Assembly (NCBI GenBank): GCA_024275995.1 | Contig: JAJRYB010000019.1 | Location: 2,728-66,727, forward strand | From: Planctomycetota bacterium | Lineage (GTDB): Bacteria; Planctomycetota; Phycisphaerae; SM23-33 | DNA length: 64,000 bases | Direction of reading: 5' to 3' | Shown: positions 1-9,623 of the stretch, piece after piece | Layout of the letters: every line of letters starts with the position of its first letter | How positions within the stretch are numbered: the stretch's first letter is position 1 | The notes under the pieces: generated by a model | What the model saw: only the letters and a program-made list of their open reading frames with translations | Database searches by the model: none | What the model was told of the DNA's origin: nothing | Program-made: the position numbers and the translations under genes

Positions 1-47
1 CCACACGCCCGATACAGGCAGGATGTAATGTTGATAAACCGCCGGCA

Positions 48-2648
48 TCATGTTTTTCCGTTCCCGCCGGTTTCGACCAGTTCGCCGGGCGATTTCAGCA
101 GTTGCCTGGCCCGCGTGCGGAACGTCTCGATATCGATGGCCTCGGCGCCGAACCTGACGGAACCGGCTGCGTGCAACCTACGACGGATGGCAATCCACCG
201 TGCGACGAATATCTCAGCCACCAGGACCGCCAGCGCCGCCAGGACCAATTGCCGCCACAACTCTTCGCCCGGCACGCCACCGGCGATCGAAGCTACCAGT
301 TCGTCGGTGCTCTGGACGTGTTGAAACGGTACTCTCTCTCCGATGGCGTTCAGATCGGCCTCGCTGAGCGTTTTGATGCGGCTTTCATCCGGATCGGATA
401 CGACGACGAACGCCGAACCTGCCGGATCGCCGGGGGACGCCTCGTATCGGCGAAGGTTCGCCTCGCCCAGTACCAGGCGATACGTGCCCGGATCGTCGGC
501 GGGTCCGAAACGCACGCGCAACATCTCGCCCCTGGACAGGACCGCAGCCTCCCTGCGGCGATTGTCAGGCGTTATAACCTCGATCGGCTCGTCTATCGCC
601 GACGATCCGGAGGCGAGAACCCTGCCACCGGCTGGGCGCCGGGCGGGCAGTTCGATCGTCACGTCCACACCGCCCGGAACGTTACCTTCCACCATCGACG
701 TCGCCGAGAGGTGATATATAAACTCGTGAACGAGCGGCACGAAGCATTTCAATACGTGCAGGTTCGTGTCGCGCGGGTGCAGGTTCATCGTCGTCTGGAG
801 AACAATACCGTTACCATGCTTTCGCTCGATAAGGGCAGGGGCCCCCGTCTCCAACCTTGCACCCACTCGCACATGCGGGTCGTACTCGTCGGCGGAAACC
901 TGCCAGTAGGCGTTAATCAGGGCGTCGGCTGCGTCGGATTGAGGGTACTGGGCTATCTTCCGCAGCGCCGGATGCAGGAAGCTCCCGACCGAGAGTCGCA
1001 CCGGCCTGCCGACGACGGCAGTGCGCCGTTTCACGAGTTTGGCGGGGATTACAAGGTCCCCCGAAGGGCTTCGCCATTCGTTGTAGAAATCCGCCTCGCA
1101 TCGATCACCCATCGCCAGCAGCAGCCCGCCGCCACGGCGAACGAATCGCCCGATGGCGCGCGCCGTCGCGTCCGGCAGACGGGAAACATTCGCCAACACT
1201 ATCACGTTGTACTCGCCGAAATCTTCAATCGCGGCGATGTGTACAGCCTCGATGACCTTCGTCTCGACAAGGTTGCTCCCGGCGCGACCACTATCCACTC
1301 TGCGACGCGAAGGGTTTGCTCCGTTCCCCGGACTCTCTGCCGGAGGCGGCGAAAGTGCAATGTCGATGAACGCCGCGGCGCCGTCCAGCGGACGGATCGA
1401 CGGGGCGCCGTCGACGATCAGCACCTTGATCCTGTCCGTCACGTCCACCACGCGCGATATGGCGTCGTCCGCCGGCATGTCGTCCTCGCAGACAACCCTT
1501 GCCGTTACGATGTGCCTGCCGACCTTGGTGAACCGGTATTCGAATCGGACGGTCTCGGTGGTATTGGGGGAAATCGGATCAATGTTCTGCGTAAGGGAAC
1601 GCCGCCCGTTGATGGACAGTTCCACGCGCGACGGAGAAACCTCCCCGACGCCCGTATTCATTATCGTCACGTCGATCGACGTCGGGCGGTCCGTGCCAAC
1701 GACGCGCCGCGAGAACGTCACGTTCTGGACGCCGAGGTTGGTGAAGTTCGCCGGCATGGGAAGCGTGCGGCAGACGATTTCCGGAGCCTCCGGCAGGGAG
1801 CGCCCTTTCAGCGTGCCCGCGAGGAACTCCCATTGCGCCGTGTCCGCAACGTTCCATCCTATGCTCTGGCCATCCGTGATGAGAACGATCTTCTTTCCGG
1901 AATTGGCGCCCCGGGCCAGCGATGCGGCGGCGGCGGTGAGGGCGTCGATCACCCGCATCGATCCGCCGGTCGGTTGGAGCGAGGAAAGTGCGTCCGCAAT
2001 CTGAGCGCGATCGTAAGACGGCGCGGACACCACGGGACGCGGAGAGTTGCCCGCAAGGAACAGGCTGACGGCGTCGGCGCTCTTGCATGCGCCAAGTACC
2101 GCGCGGGCCTCGTCGATCGCACGTTGAAAGTTCGTGAGTTTCTCGCCCTCGGACGCATCGAGCATCATGGACATCGACCCGTCGATCACTATGGCGATGT
2201 CCATTCCCTGATCGCCGAGAGCCCATTTCTTCTGCTGGGCGTAATGCTCGATTATCGAGAGCGTAACCGCACCGGTCAGCATTATCACGGCGGGAATCAG
2301 CAGCAGCCAGCGGGCCCTGCGATTGGCCCAGACAGCTACACCGACGGCGCCGAGGATGGCGCTCGCCAGAAGCGCCGGAAGCACCATCGCCCAGGAAATC
2401 GTGGATCGGCTTGGCAGAAACGGTCTTGCCATCGCCACCGCAAGCAGCGCCATCAAAAAACACCGCAAGGCAAGCAGCAGGATTTCCTCCAGGCGGATCC
2501 GGCGCTTTCTCGCCGCCAGCGCCGCCAGCAGGAAACGCATCGCGCCCCAGTCCAGAATCTTCGCCCGCCGACGGTGCAGCAGGTGAATGAGGATCGGGAT
2601 CGATACTCCCGCAAGTCCGATCAGCATTGTCCAGTTCAGGAAAGTCAT
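48..2648 (-). CDS. BatA-like aerotolerance-related protein with an N-terminal double-TM anchor and a vWA domain (about 867 aa). The ORF extends to 2714 through a TTG; the likely start is the ATG at 2648 (MTFLNWTMLIGLAG...).
   Basis: N-terminus MTFLNW..IPILIHLL..RRR matches the BatA N-terminal domain. A vWA MIDAS motif (IAIVIDGSMSM) follows. It is the last gene of the MoxR-DUF58-vWA operon on the minus strand. Confidence 0.75.
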   Translation of the reverse strand: MTFLNWTMLIGLAGVSIPILIHLLHRRRAKILDWGAMRFLLAALAARKRRIRLEEILLLALRCFLMALLAVAMARPFLPSRSTISWAMVLPALLASAILGAVGVAVWANRRARWLLLIPAVIMLTGAVTLSIIEHYAQQKKWALGDQGMDIAIVIDGSMSMMLDASEGEKLTNFQRAIDEARAVLGACKSADAVSLFLAGNSPRPVVSAPSYDRAQIADALSSLQPTGGSMRVIDALTAAAASLARGANSGKKIVLITDGQSIGWNVADTAQWEFLAGTLKGRSLPEAPEIVCRTLPMPANFTNLGVQNVTFSRRVVGTDRPTSIDVTIMNTGVGEVSPSRVELSINGRRSLTQNIDPISPNTTETVRFEYRFTKVGRHIVTARVVCEDDMPADDAISRVVDVTDRIKVLIVDGAPSIRPLDGAAAFIDIALSPPPAESPGNGANPSRRRVDSGRAGSNLVETKVIEAVHIAAIEDFGEYNVIVLANVSRLPDATARAIGRFVRRGGGLLLAMGDRCEADFYNEWRSPSGDLVIPAKLVKRRTAVVGRPVRLSVGSFLHPALRKIAQYPQSDAADALINAYWQVSADEYDPHVRVGARLETGAPALIERKHGNGIVLQTTMNLHPRDTNLHVLKCFVPLVHEFIYHLSATSMVEGNVPGGVDVTIELPARRPAGGRVLASGSSAIDEPIEVITPDNRRREAAVLSRGEMLRVRFGPADDPGTYRLVLGEANLRRYEASPGDPAGSAFVVVSDPDESRIKTLSEADLNAIGERVPFQHVQSTDELVASIAGGVPGEELWRQLVLAALAVLVAEIFVARWIAIRRRLHAAGSVRFGAEAIDIETFRTRARQLLKSPGELVETGGNGKT

Positions 2649-2747
2649 GCTTAAAACAGTAGTCAGTAATCGATAGTTGGAAGCCGTGGGTTGAATGCCG
2701 CGACAAAGTCGCAAGCGAAACTCGCGGACAACAGTAGTCAGTTTTTA

Positions 2748-2777
2748 TCTCAAATCTGAAATCTCAAATCTGAGCTC
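2748..2777. repeat. Short tandem repeat tctcaaatctgaaatctcaaatctgagctc between the DUF58 stop and the BatA start. It is flanked by a 13-bp direct repeat aacagtagtcagt (about 2655 and 2732).
   Basis: Direct reading of the sequence. The motif AAATCYGAAATC..GAGCTC resembles the one at 9386-9406. Confidence 0.5.
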
Positions 2778-3718
2778 TATTTCGCCCGTCCCATGCGCTG
2801 GGCGAGATACTGCGCCAGGGCGACTTCGAAACCCCTGGCGGTCGAGATCGGAACGTAGTCGATATCCATTTGTCCGCAGCCCATTTCTATCCGCCGGATG
2901 TGCCGACGAAGAAGTTCAAGGTATTCCGCCCGCAGGGCCCGCGGGTCTATCTGCCGGTAAGTGTGCGGCTTCTCCAGGTCGCGGAACAGATGCGCCGTCT
3001 CGAACGGAAACGTCAGTTCCTCCTCGGCCATCACGTGGAACAGGAGCACCTCGTGCTTGCGATAGCGAAAGTGATGAAGCGCCTTGAGCAGCTCGTCCGT
3101 ATCGTCGAACAGATCGGAAATAATCAGGATAAGTCCCCGCCTGTGGGCGCGCTCGGCGATGTCGTGGAAAATCGTCGCAAGGGCGGTCTCCTTTCCGCTC
3201 CTGGTTTCCACGAGTTCCTTCAGGATCATCCGCAGGTGACTGGCCCGACTGCGAGGGGGAATGTAGCGGCGCACCTGCGTGTCGAACGTTACAAGGCCCA
3301 CCGCGTCCTGCTGGTGGATCATCATGTGCGTCAGCGACGCGGCAAGGTATCGCGCGTATTCGAACTTGCTCAGGCGCTTTCCCGAATGTTTCACAGCCGA
3401 TGCGCCCCGGTAACTCATCGATCCGGAGGCGTCCAGCAGAATAGTCGCGCGAAGGTTCGTCTCCTCGATGTACTGTTTGATGTAGTACCGGTCACTTTTA
3501 CCGTACACCCGCCAGTCAAGGTCGCTTATGGGATCGCCCGGGACGTACTGGCGGTGCTCGGCGAACTCGACGGAGAAACCCTTGTACGGACTTTTGTGCC
3601 GACCTGATACGAACCCCTCGACCACGCCGCGGGCGATCAGCTCCAGCCGGCTTATCTTCGCAAGCGCTTCGGGGTCCAGCAGACGCATATATTCGGGTTT
3701 TCCACTGCCATTGAGCAT
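2777..3718 (-). CDS. DUF58 family protein (vWA-like, MoxR-associated)
   Basis: 313 aa. The conserved DUF58 core is present (KSPYKGFSVEFAEHRQYVPGDPISDLDWRVYGKSDRYYIKQYIEE...ILLDASGSM). It lies between the MoxR and BatA-like genes. Confidence 0.8.
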   Translation of the reverse strand: MLNGSGKPEYMRLLDPEALAKISRLELIARGVVEGFVSGRHKSPYKGFSVEFAEHRQYVPGDPISDLDWRVYGKSDRYYIKQYIEETNLRATILLDASGSMSYRGASAVKHSGKRLSKFEYARYLAASLTHMMIHQQDAVGLVTFDTQVRRYIPPRSRASHLRMILKELVETRSGKETALATIFHDIAERAHRRGLILIISDLFDDTDELLKALHHFRYRKHEVLLFHVMAEEELTFPFETAHLFRDLEKPHTYRQIDPRALRAEYLELLRRHIRRIEMGCGQMDIDYVPISTARGFEVALAQYLAQRMGRAK

Positions 3719-3760
3719 TTTACACCCTCATTTGCATCACGCGATGCGGCGCGGCCTTGG

Positions 3761-4888
3761 TCAATCGTCGACCCGCCCGCCGTAGCTTCCGGAACCAAGA
3801 CTGCTCGTCAATCCGTCCAGCCCTTCCTCGACCGGAGGGCGGATTTCCGAAAGCAGGCGAAGCACGACCTCATCGGAGGTGATTCCCGCAGCCTCGGCGT
3901 TGAACGTGGTGATAACGCGGTGACGCAGGACCGGAAGCGCCATTTCCCGCACGTCTTCCGTCGTGGCGTGGTAGCGCCCGTGAAGGATCGCACGCGCCTT
4001 GGCTGCGAGCATCATGTATATCCCCGCACGCGGGCCCGCGCCCCAGTTGACCAGCTCGTTCACGAAGTCCGGCGCCTCGTTCGTGCCCGGCCTGGAGGCG
4101 CGGGCGAGGTCGCGGGCGTAGGTGAAAACGTGCTCGCCCGCAGGAACGCGGCGAACGATCGCCTGCAGGCGGAGAATGTCCTCGCCCGTCAACTCCGGCG
4201 TCAGGTCGGCTGTGTACGTTCCGGTGACCCGTTTCATGATCGCCAGTTCCTCGGCCGGTGACGGGTAGTCCACGATGATGTTGAACATGAACCTGTCAAG
4301 TTGCGCCTCGGGCAGCGGATAGGTGCCTTCCTGCTCGATGGGGTTCTGCGTCGCCAATACGAAGAACGGCTCGGGCAGTGAGAACGTCTCCTCGCCGACG
4401 GTAACGTTGTGCTCCTGCATCGCCTCGAGCAGCGCCGCCTGTGTCTTGGGGGGCGTGCGGTTGATCTCGTCGGCGAGTACCATGTTCGCGAACAGGGGCC
4501 CGTGGACGAATCGGAAAACGCGCTTGCCCGTCGTGTGGTCTTCCTCCAGCACGTCCGTACCGGTGATGTCAGATGGCATGAGGTCCGGCGTGAACTGTAT
4601 CCGCTTGAAGCTCAAGTGCAGAACCTCGGAGATCGTGCTGATAAGCAGCGTTTTCGCCAGGCCCGGAACACCGACCAGAAGTGCGTGTCCGCGACAGAAC
4701 ATCGCCACCAGCACCTGCTCGATCACCTGCTTCTGACCGACGATCACTCGCCCGAGCTGATCGGTCATCTTCTCGTAAGCGGCGTTAAGGCTCTTCACCG
4801 CCTCGATGTCGTCGGTATCCGCGGCCGGCTTTGCTTTCACGCTCGCCCCGGCTGCCTTATTCGTCTTTTCGGACATGTCTCTCTCCAA
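3761..4888 (-). CDS. MoxR-like AAA+ ATPase
   Basis: Walker A GVPGLAKT, Walker B VLADEINR and the MoxR family signature are present. The start may be the M at 4876 (MSEKTNK). Confidence 0.9.
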   Translation of the reverse strand: MERDMSEKTNKAAGASVKAKPAADTDDIEAVKSLNAAYEKMTDQLGRVIVGQKQVIEQVLVAMFCRGHALLVGVPGLAKTLLISTISEVLHLSFKRIQFTPDLMPSDITGTDVLEEDHTTGKRVFRFVHGPLFANMVLADEINRTPPKTQAALLEAMQEHNVTVGEETFSLPEPFFVLATQNPIEQEGTYPLPEAQLDRFMFNIIVDYPSPAEELAIMKRVTGTYTADLTPELTGEDILRLQAIVRRVPAGEHVFTYARDLARASRPGTNEAPDFVNELVNWGAGPRAGIYMMLAAKARAILHGRYHATTEDVREMALPVLRHRVITTFNAEAAGITSDEVVLRLLSEIRPPVEEGLDGLTSSLGSGSYGGRVDD

Positions 4889-5045
4889 ACACTGTGCCTG
4901 CCAACATGGAATAACTCAACCGGGGGGAAATATCGCCGCACAGGTAAAGGGACACACCGACAGCCCGGCCGCCTACTTCCATCTCAAACACCGCGACGGT
5001 GAGTAGTTCCGGGAGAATCCTTTTTTTGCGCCCGTATTGAATTGT

Positions 5046-6515
5046 TTACGCCAGGCCCGTCGGATGCGCCTCCAGGAACTCGGCATGGTGGCCCCGGCCC
5101 GTTTCGCGAAGTCGCTCGCAATAGTTCTTCAGCTCGTCGCGGGTGTGGAACGGGCCACCCTCCTCAAGAACGATCTGCATGGGATCGTCGGGGTAATCGC
5201 TGGTGGACATCATCTCGTCGGTCCACTCGTCGAGCAGTGCCTGCCCGCGATCGGCGAGGTCGGGCTGCGATTCGGCGAGGTCGTTCAGCTCGTGCGGGTC
5301 GTCGGCGACGTTGAAAACCATCCGCTCCGGAAGGTTTTTCAGGCCGGTGTGATACGTTCGGATGAAGACGTTGTCGTCCCATCGCACGGATCGCATGCAG
5401 GACCATGCGTTCTGGCTGAACACGGCGTAATCGCGCCCCTCGGACCTGTCCTGCTTAAACGCCTGCGCGAAACTCCGCCCGTCCCAGCGTGTCGGGACCT
5501 GCCCGCCGAGAAGTTCTATTATTGTCGCGGCGATGTCCGTCTGGTTGTGCAGGCCGCTGTCCACCCGGCCGCCACCTACGCCGGGCCAGCGGACGATCAT
5601 CGGAACGCGCGAGGTTACGTGGTCCGCCACCGCGTGATCGCCGATAACGCCCAACTCGCCCTGGTTCTCGCCGTGATCGGAAGTGACGATGACGATCGTA
5701 TCGTCCAGCACGCCGGCGTCGGCCAGGACGTTCATTATCCGCCCGAAGCACTCGTCGGCGTAACGGATGCCGGTATCGTACCCGTCGATATGTCTCTTGT
5801 AATCGTCCATAGAGGCGATCTGGGCGGGCTGGCGAGGCGTGCCGTTGAACCGGCCGAACCCCCCGGACGGTTCCTGCGGCGTTCCGGGACCGAAGCTGTC
5901 CCACTGCCTCTGTCGCAATTCTTCGGTGTACCAGCCGTCGAGCGGCTCGTCGACGAAGGGGTTTCCGAACCGCTCCGGCGTGCGGTAGGCGGCGTGCGGG
6001 TCCCATATATTCACGTGCAGCATCCAGTCGTCTTTTTTCGCGTTGCGTTTCAGCCAATCGATGGCATGCGGCTCGATTTCGTCGGCGATCTCGTTTCCGT
6101 TCTTTCCGGTGTCGATCATCTCCCGCCAGCCCGCGTAGAACCACCATGCCGCGTGGCGTGTGGCGAACGGGCTGATCGAGACCGGGTAGATTCCGTTGCA
6201 GCGAAGCGTCTCGATGAAGCCCGGACGGTTCCCTTCGCATGCTTCTCCCCCGTTGTTGAATATTCTTTCGCGCCCGATCGGGCGCATATCCGCCGCCAGC
6301 CCGCCGTGGTTCACGATACCGGTGTGGATGCCGAATCTTCCGGTGAACATGCTCGCCCGGCTGGGCAGGCAGGGAGCGTCCGAAACGTAGCACTTATCGA
6401 ACCGAACGCCCTCGGCGGCCAGGCGGTCTATATTGGGACTCGTCTCGCGATGGTACCCGTAGCAGCCGAGGTGATCGGCTCGAAGCGTGTCGATATCCAT
6501 GTACAGAATTCGCAT
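5046..6515 (-). CDS. Sulfatase (arylsulfatase family, formylglycine-dependent)
   Basis: 489 aa. The sulfatase signature C-x-P-x-R is present (SDAPCLPSRASMFTGR) and the N-terminal metal-binding motif DTLRADHLGCYG. Confidence 0.85.
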   Translation of the reverse strand: MRILYMDIDTLRADHLGCYGYHRETSPNIDRLAAEGVRFDKCYVSDAPCLPSRASMFTGRFGIHTGIVNHGGLAADMRPIGRERIFNNGGEACEGNRPGFIETLRCNGIYPVSISPFATRHAAWWFYAGWREMIDTGKNGNEIADEIEPHAIDWLKRNAKKDDWMLHVNIWDPHAAYRTPERFGNPFVDEPLDGWYTEELRQRQWDSFGPGTPQEPSGGFGRFNGTPRQPAQIASMDDYKRHIDGYDTGIRYADECFGRIMNVLADAGVLDDTIVIVTSDHGENQGELGVIGDHAVADHVTSRVPMIVRWPGVGGGRVDSGLHNQTDIAATIIELLGGQVPTRWDGRSFAQAFKQDRSEGRDYAVFSQNAWSCMRSVRWDDNVFIRTYHTGLKNLPERMVFNVADDPHELNDLAESQPDLADRGQALLDEWTDEMMSTSDYPDDPMQIVLEEGGPFHTRDELKNYCERLRETGRGHHAEFLEAHPTGLA

Positions 6516-6704
6516 CTTCGCCGGCTCCCTTTATCGTCTATCGGAAGCGGTCGAATATAGATCACCCGCCCGCCCTGTCAACCCGCAACGGCAACTTCTT
6601 TTGCAGCCGCGGGAGACCTGCCATATACTACGACCGGTGGATGCAACGCCGCGGCGATGGAAACCGCGGACGTGGTCGTGGAACGAATTGCCGGGAGATC
6701 TGGT

Positions 6705-7949
6705 ATGTATACAACTTGCAGTACGTTTTGTCGTCGGGTCGTATCGGCCGGGCGTCCCGCAGGCGTCGCGATGCTCCTGTGCCTGATCTGCTTCGCAACG
6801 GCGTCGCCTGCCCAGGCCGACGAAGTGACGATAAAAGGCATGCTGTACAGCAATGTGAAAGTCGAGGATTTCGACGGCCACTGGATCACGTTCCGTCTTC
6901 AGGGTGGAAAGCAGATGTACAAATCCGCCGAGGATCTGACGAAGGTCAAACTCGACGGCGAGGCCGCCCTGAACGCAGCCGAGGAACTTGCGGCAAAGGG
7001 TAAATTCGACGAGGCGATTGCGATGTACAAGCAAGCCAACGCCCTGGCGAATGAAGGCTGGCGTCAGAAACTTATCCAGTCGCGTATGAAACGCGCCCTG
7101 AATCTCCAACGGGCGGCACGGCTTGCCGCCACCACGCGGGCAACCACCGAGCCGACGACCAGGCCGACAACCAAACCGGAAACGGATAACACCGGGCAGA
7201 CAGACCAGACGTCGGATGAGCTCAAGCCCGCTCGCCGCTCGGCGCTGGCCTTTGCGAAGTTTCTCGAACAGGCGCCTCTGCACCCCCGGCAGAGGAGCGA
7301 CTGGCGTCGCAGCACGGCATTGCAACGGGACGCGGCGCAGAAGAGTTGGGAAAGGAAGCACCGCAAGTGGGTCGCGACGCTTCAGACGTTCATCGGCGAG
7401 CACGTTACGTGGGAGCTTGTCTGCGACAACATTGTGCCCACGGAGGACAACAAGAGCTTCGTGGTTTCCGCCCGTTGGAGGCGCCGTCTCAATGAAGGCG
7501 AAAGGTGGACCGGCGGGATGGTCCGCCAGTTCCAGGTTCGCGCGGTTCTCCCCGCAAAGGCGCGTGGAACGTTGATGCGCATTGGCGTAGGCGACAACGT
7601 GGAGCTTTCCGGCACGGTGAAGGCCTTTCGCGTTAGTGCTCGCCGCATGCCCGACTGGTCGGAGTACTATCGCGAGCCTGCAACAATCATCATGGACCTC
7701 GGGCCATACGTGCCCAGGAGGCTTCATCCGCGCATACCCGGGCCGAAGAAAAAACGCGTAATCAATTACGAGAAATACCTTCCCAGCCGAAGCCCGTTCT
7801 GGGTAGGTCTCAGCGAATGCACCATCAAGTGGATCAAACCCAAGGCCACGGACGATAAGACTCCGGTGCGCGATAATGTGCGCGATAACAGGCGGCGCAT
7901 ACCTGGTCCCAGGATCAGACCAGAGGATTTTGTCCCGCCCAGGCGATGA
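6705..7949 (+). CDS. Hypothetical secreted protein with a Thr/Pro-rich linker (TTRATTEPTTRPTTKPETDN). The ORF opens at 6657; the likely start is 6705, with a GGGAGA RBS.
   Basis: Long signal peptide MYTTCSTFCRRVVSAGRPAGVAMLLCLICFATASPAQA followed by DE. Composition is coding-like. The antisense ORF 6531..7727 is judged spurious. Confidence 0.5.
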   Translation: MYTTCSTFCRRVVSAGRPAGVAMLLCLICFATASPAQADEVTIKGMLYSNVKVEDFDGHWITFRLQGGKQMYKSAEDLTKVKLDGEAALNAAEELAAKGKFDEAIAMYKQANALANEGWRQKLIQSRMKRALNLQRAARLAATTRATTEPTTRPTTKPETDNTGQTDQTSDELKPARRSALAFAKFLEQAPLHPRQRSDWRRSTALQRDAAQKSWERKHRKWVATLQTFIGEHVTWELVCDNIVPTEDNKSFVVSARWRRRLNEGERWTGGMVRQFQVRAVLPAKARGTLMRIGVGDNVELSGTVKAFRVSARRMPDWSEYYREPATIIMDLGPYVPRRLHPRIPGPKKKRVINYEKYLPSRSPFWVGLSECTIKWIKPKATDDKTPVRDNVRDNRRRIPGPRIRPEDFVPPRR

Positions 7950-8020
7950 TCGGAAAGCAAACGGGGCGGGTTTCGGCTGCAGGATTGTATAATACGCCCA
8001 CGCTTATGGAGCGAATCATG

Positions 8021-9379
8021 AACAGACACGGATTGTTGCCGGCCGCCCTGGCGGTGCTTCTGACGACGGGATTGTATGCGCAACGGGCGGACGGCGAGAC
8101 GAATATCAAGCTGGGCAAGCGTTACATCGACCAGTTGCGTGGATTTTCGCTTCGCCCCCCGGCCGGCACCCAGCGCCTGCGAAAACCATCGCCGTCGCTG
8201 CTGGTAAGCTGGGTTCGCCGCGACGCCAAGACCGGCGCTATCGCCTGGACGCTCAGTATCCAGCAGGCGATCGAAAAGCAGAAGGACCTCAACCTGAAAG
8301 CCTACGCCAAGGCGCTCGAACAGAAACTGACGCTCGAGCAGAACCTGCGCGTGGAATCGTCGAAGCTCGCCCCGACTGCCGGCAAGCCCGGAATTCACAT
8401 CCGTGGGGAAATCGCCGGGCGCGGAAAGCTGTGGCAGAGGCAGGTGTGGCTGCTCGCCGAACCGCAGCGGTTCCTGATTTTTTCGATTACCGGACCTGCC
8501 GCAACCAAGGCGACGCTCGAAAAGGTCATGGACGCCGCTCTCGGAACGCTGAGAGTGATCAATCTCGAAGATGCGCTGAAGGCGCGCAAGGAAAACATCG
8601 AACGCGGAAAGGTTTTCCTGAAAGCCATCACGGACGAAAAGCTCAAGGCGGCCGTGGACACCCAACCGCAATGGTACCTCTTCCGCATGCAGGGCGATTA
8701 CACGGGGTTCATGAAGGTGCTGGAATCCACTTCCCGGAGAGAAAACCGCAACGGCGTGGAGATCCGCAAGTGGGTGATGTGGAAAACGCCCAAGGCCCCG
8801 CCGAGACTGCTCAAGAGCGTCCTGTTCACTACGGCGGACCGATCGCTGGAAGAGTGGAAGGACCGTTTCCAGGTCGGGCTTATCGAGGCGAGAAGCGGTT
8901 CGCGGGAAGACGGGATCAAGCAGAACGAGCTGATAGTATGCAGCCTGGCTGAGACCGTCAGGAAGCCCCGGCCCCACTGGCAGGAACGCGCCAAGAAAAA
9001 GATCGTACCCGAGGACATATACCTGTCCAAGGCGATTGGCGACATGCTTTCTCGCCTGGTGGACCTGACCAGGCCCGCTGCCTATTCGTTCGCCTCGTAC
9101 ACCTCCACGGCGAACGCTTTCGACATGCGGACGTTCACCGTCGTCGGTAGCGACAGCATCGTAATATCCGGAAAACGCATGGAGGCGGTTCGCGTTCTCG
9201 ACCAGGCCGCAGCCGACGTGGAACCGGCGACGCTATGGGTCGATCGTAAAGGCAGGATTCTGCGAATGCATACGGAGGAAGGACTCCAGATGCTCCTGAG
9301 CACGTATGCCGGCGTGTTGCAGCGATTCCCGAATGCGGAAAAGGCGCTGGCGGTGATGGACCGCCTTGGCGGGAGGTAA
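8021..9379 (+). CDS. Hypothetical secreted protein (the ORF opens at 7946; the likely start is 8021 with a GGAG RBS)
   Basis: Signal peptide MNRHGLLPAALAVLLTTGLYAQ. Composition is coding-like. The antisense ORF 7766..8977 is judged spurious. Confidence 0.5.
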   Translation, partial: NRHGLLPAALAVLLTTGLYAQRADGETNIKLGKRYIDQLRGFSLRPPAGTQRLRKPSPSLLVSWVRRDAKTGAIAWTLSIQQAIEKQKDLNLKAYAKALEQKLTLEQNLRVESSKLAPTAGKPGIHIRGEIAGRGKLWQRQVWLLAEPQRFLIFSITGPAATKATLEKVMDAALGTLRVINLEDALKARKENIERGKVFLKAITDEKLKAAVDTQPQWYLFRMQGDYTGFMKVLESTSRRENRNGVEIRKWVMWKTPKAPPRLLKSVLFTTADRSLEEWKDRFQVGLIEARSGSREDGIKQNELIVCSLAETVRKPRPHWQERAKKKIVPEDIYLSKAIGDMLSRLVDLTRPAAYSFASYTSTANAFDMRTFTVVGSDSIVISGKRMEAVRVLDQAAADVEPATLWVDRKGRILRMHTEEGLQMLLSTYAGVLQRFPNAEKALAVMDRLGGR

Positions 9380-9384
9380 GAGAA

Positions 9385-9580
9385 GCAAATCCGAAATCCG
9401 AAGCTCAAAACAAGCTGCAAACAACAAAAAACAAATCCGAAACAAACACGAAAACCAAAACAAATTTGAAATTCGAATGACCGAAACATCTGGGCGTTAT
9501 TTCTGTCATTGCTGTTTTTGCTTGATTCGAATTTGTTTCGTATTTCGAGTTTCGGATTTTGGATTTTGAAAATGAAATGC
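9385..9580. repeat. AT-rich imperfect palindrome of about 200 bp, A-rich left arm and T-rich right arm. The perfect 10-bp core aaattcgaat (about 9469-9478) pairs with attcgaattt (about 9525-9534). Repeated AAATCCGAAA-type motifs are present.
   Basis: Direct reading. The reverse complement of the right arm (caaaatccaaaatccgaaactcgaaatacgaaac) matches the left arm (caaatccgaaatccgaagctcaaaac...acgaaaaccaaaac). GC content is far below the flanking DNA. Confidence 0.5.
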
Positions 9581-9623
9581 TTGCCTGAATATTCTTAATA
9601 ACAAACCTGGACAGGGAAAATTC

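Noticed and set aside
102-2654. 850-aa ORF on the plus strand, antisense to the BatA-like gene
   Set aside because: It is Arg/Gly/His-rich and low-complexity with no recognisable motifs. The opposite strand carries clear BatA N-terminal and vWA motifs. High-GC genomes generate long antisense ORFs.
5037-6560. 507-aa ORF antisense to the sulfatase
   Set aside because: The sulfatase strand has the diagnostic CxPxR and metal-binding motifs. This frame has none and has a biased composition.
6531-8977. Long minus-strand ORFs (6531..7727 and 7766..8977) antisense to the two secreted-protein genes
   Set aside because: The plus-strand products have signal peptides, RBSs and balanced composition. The minus-strand products are Arg/Pro/Gly-rich and start inside the opposite gene.
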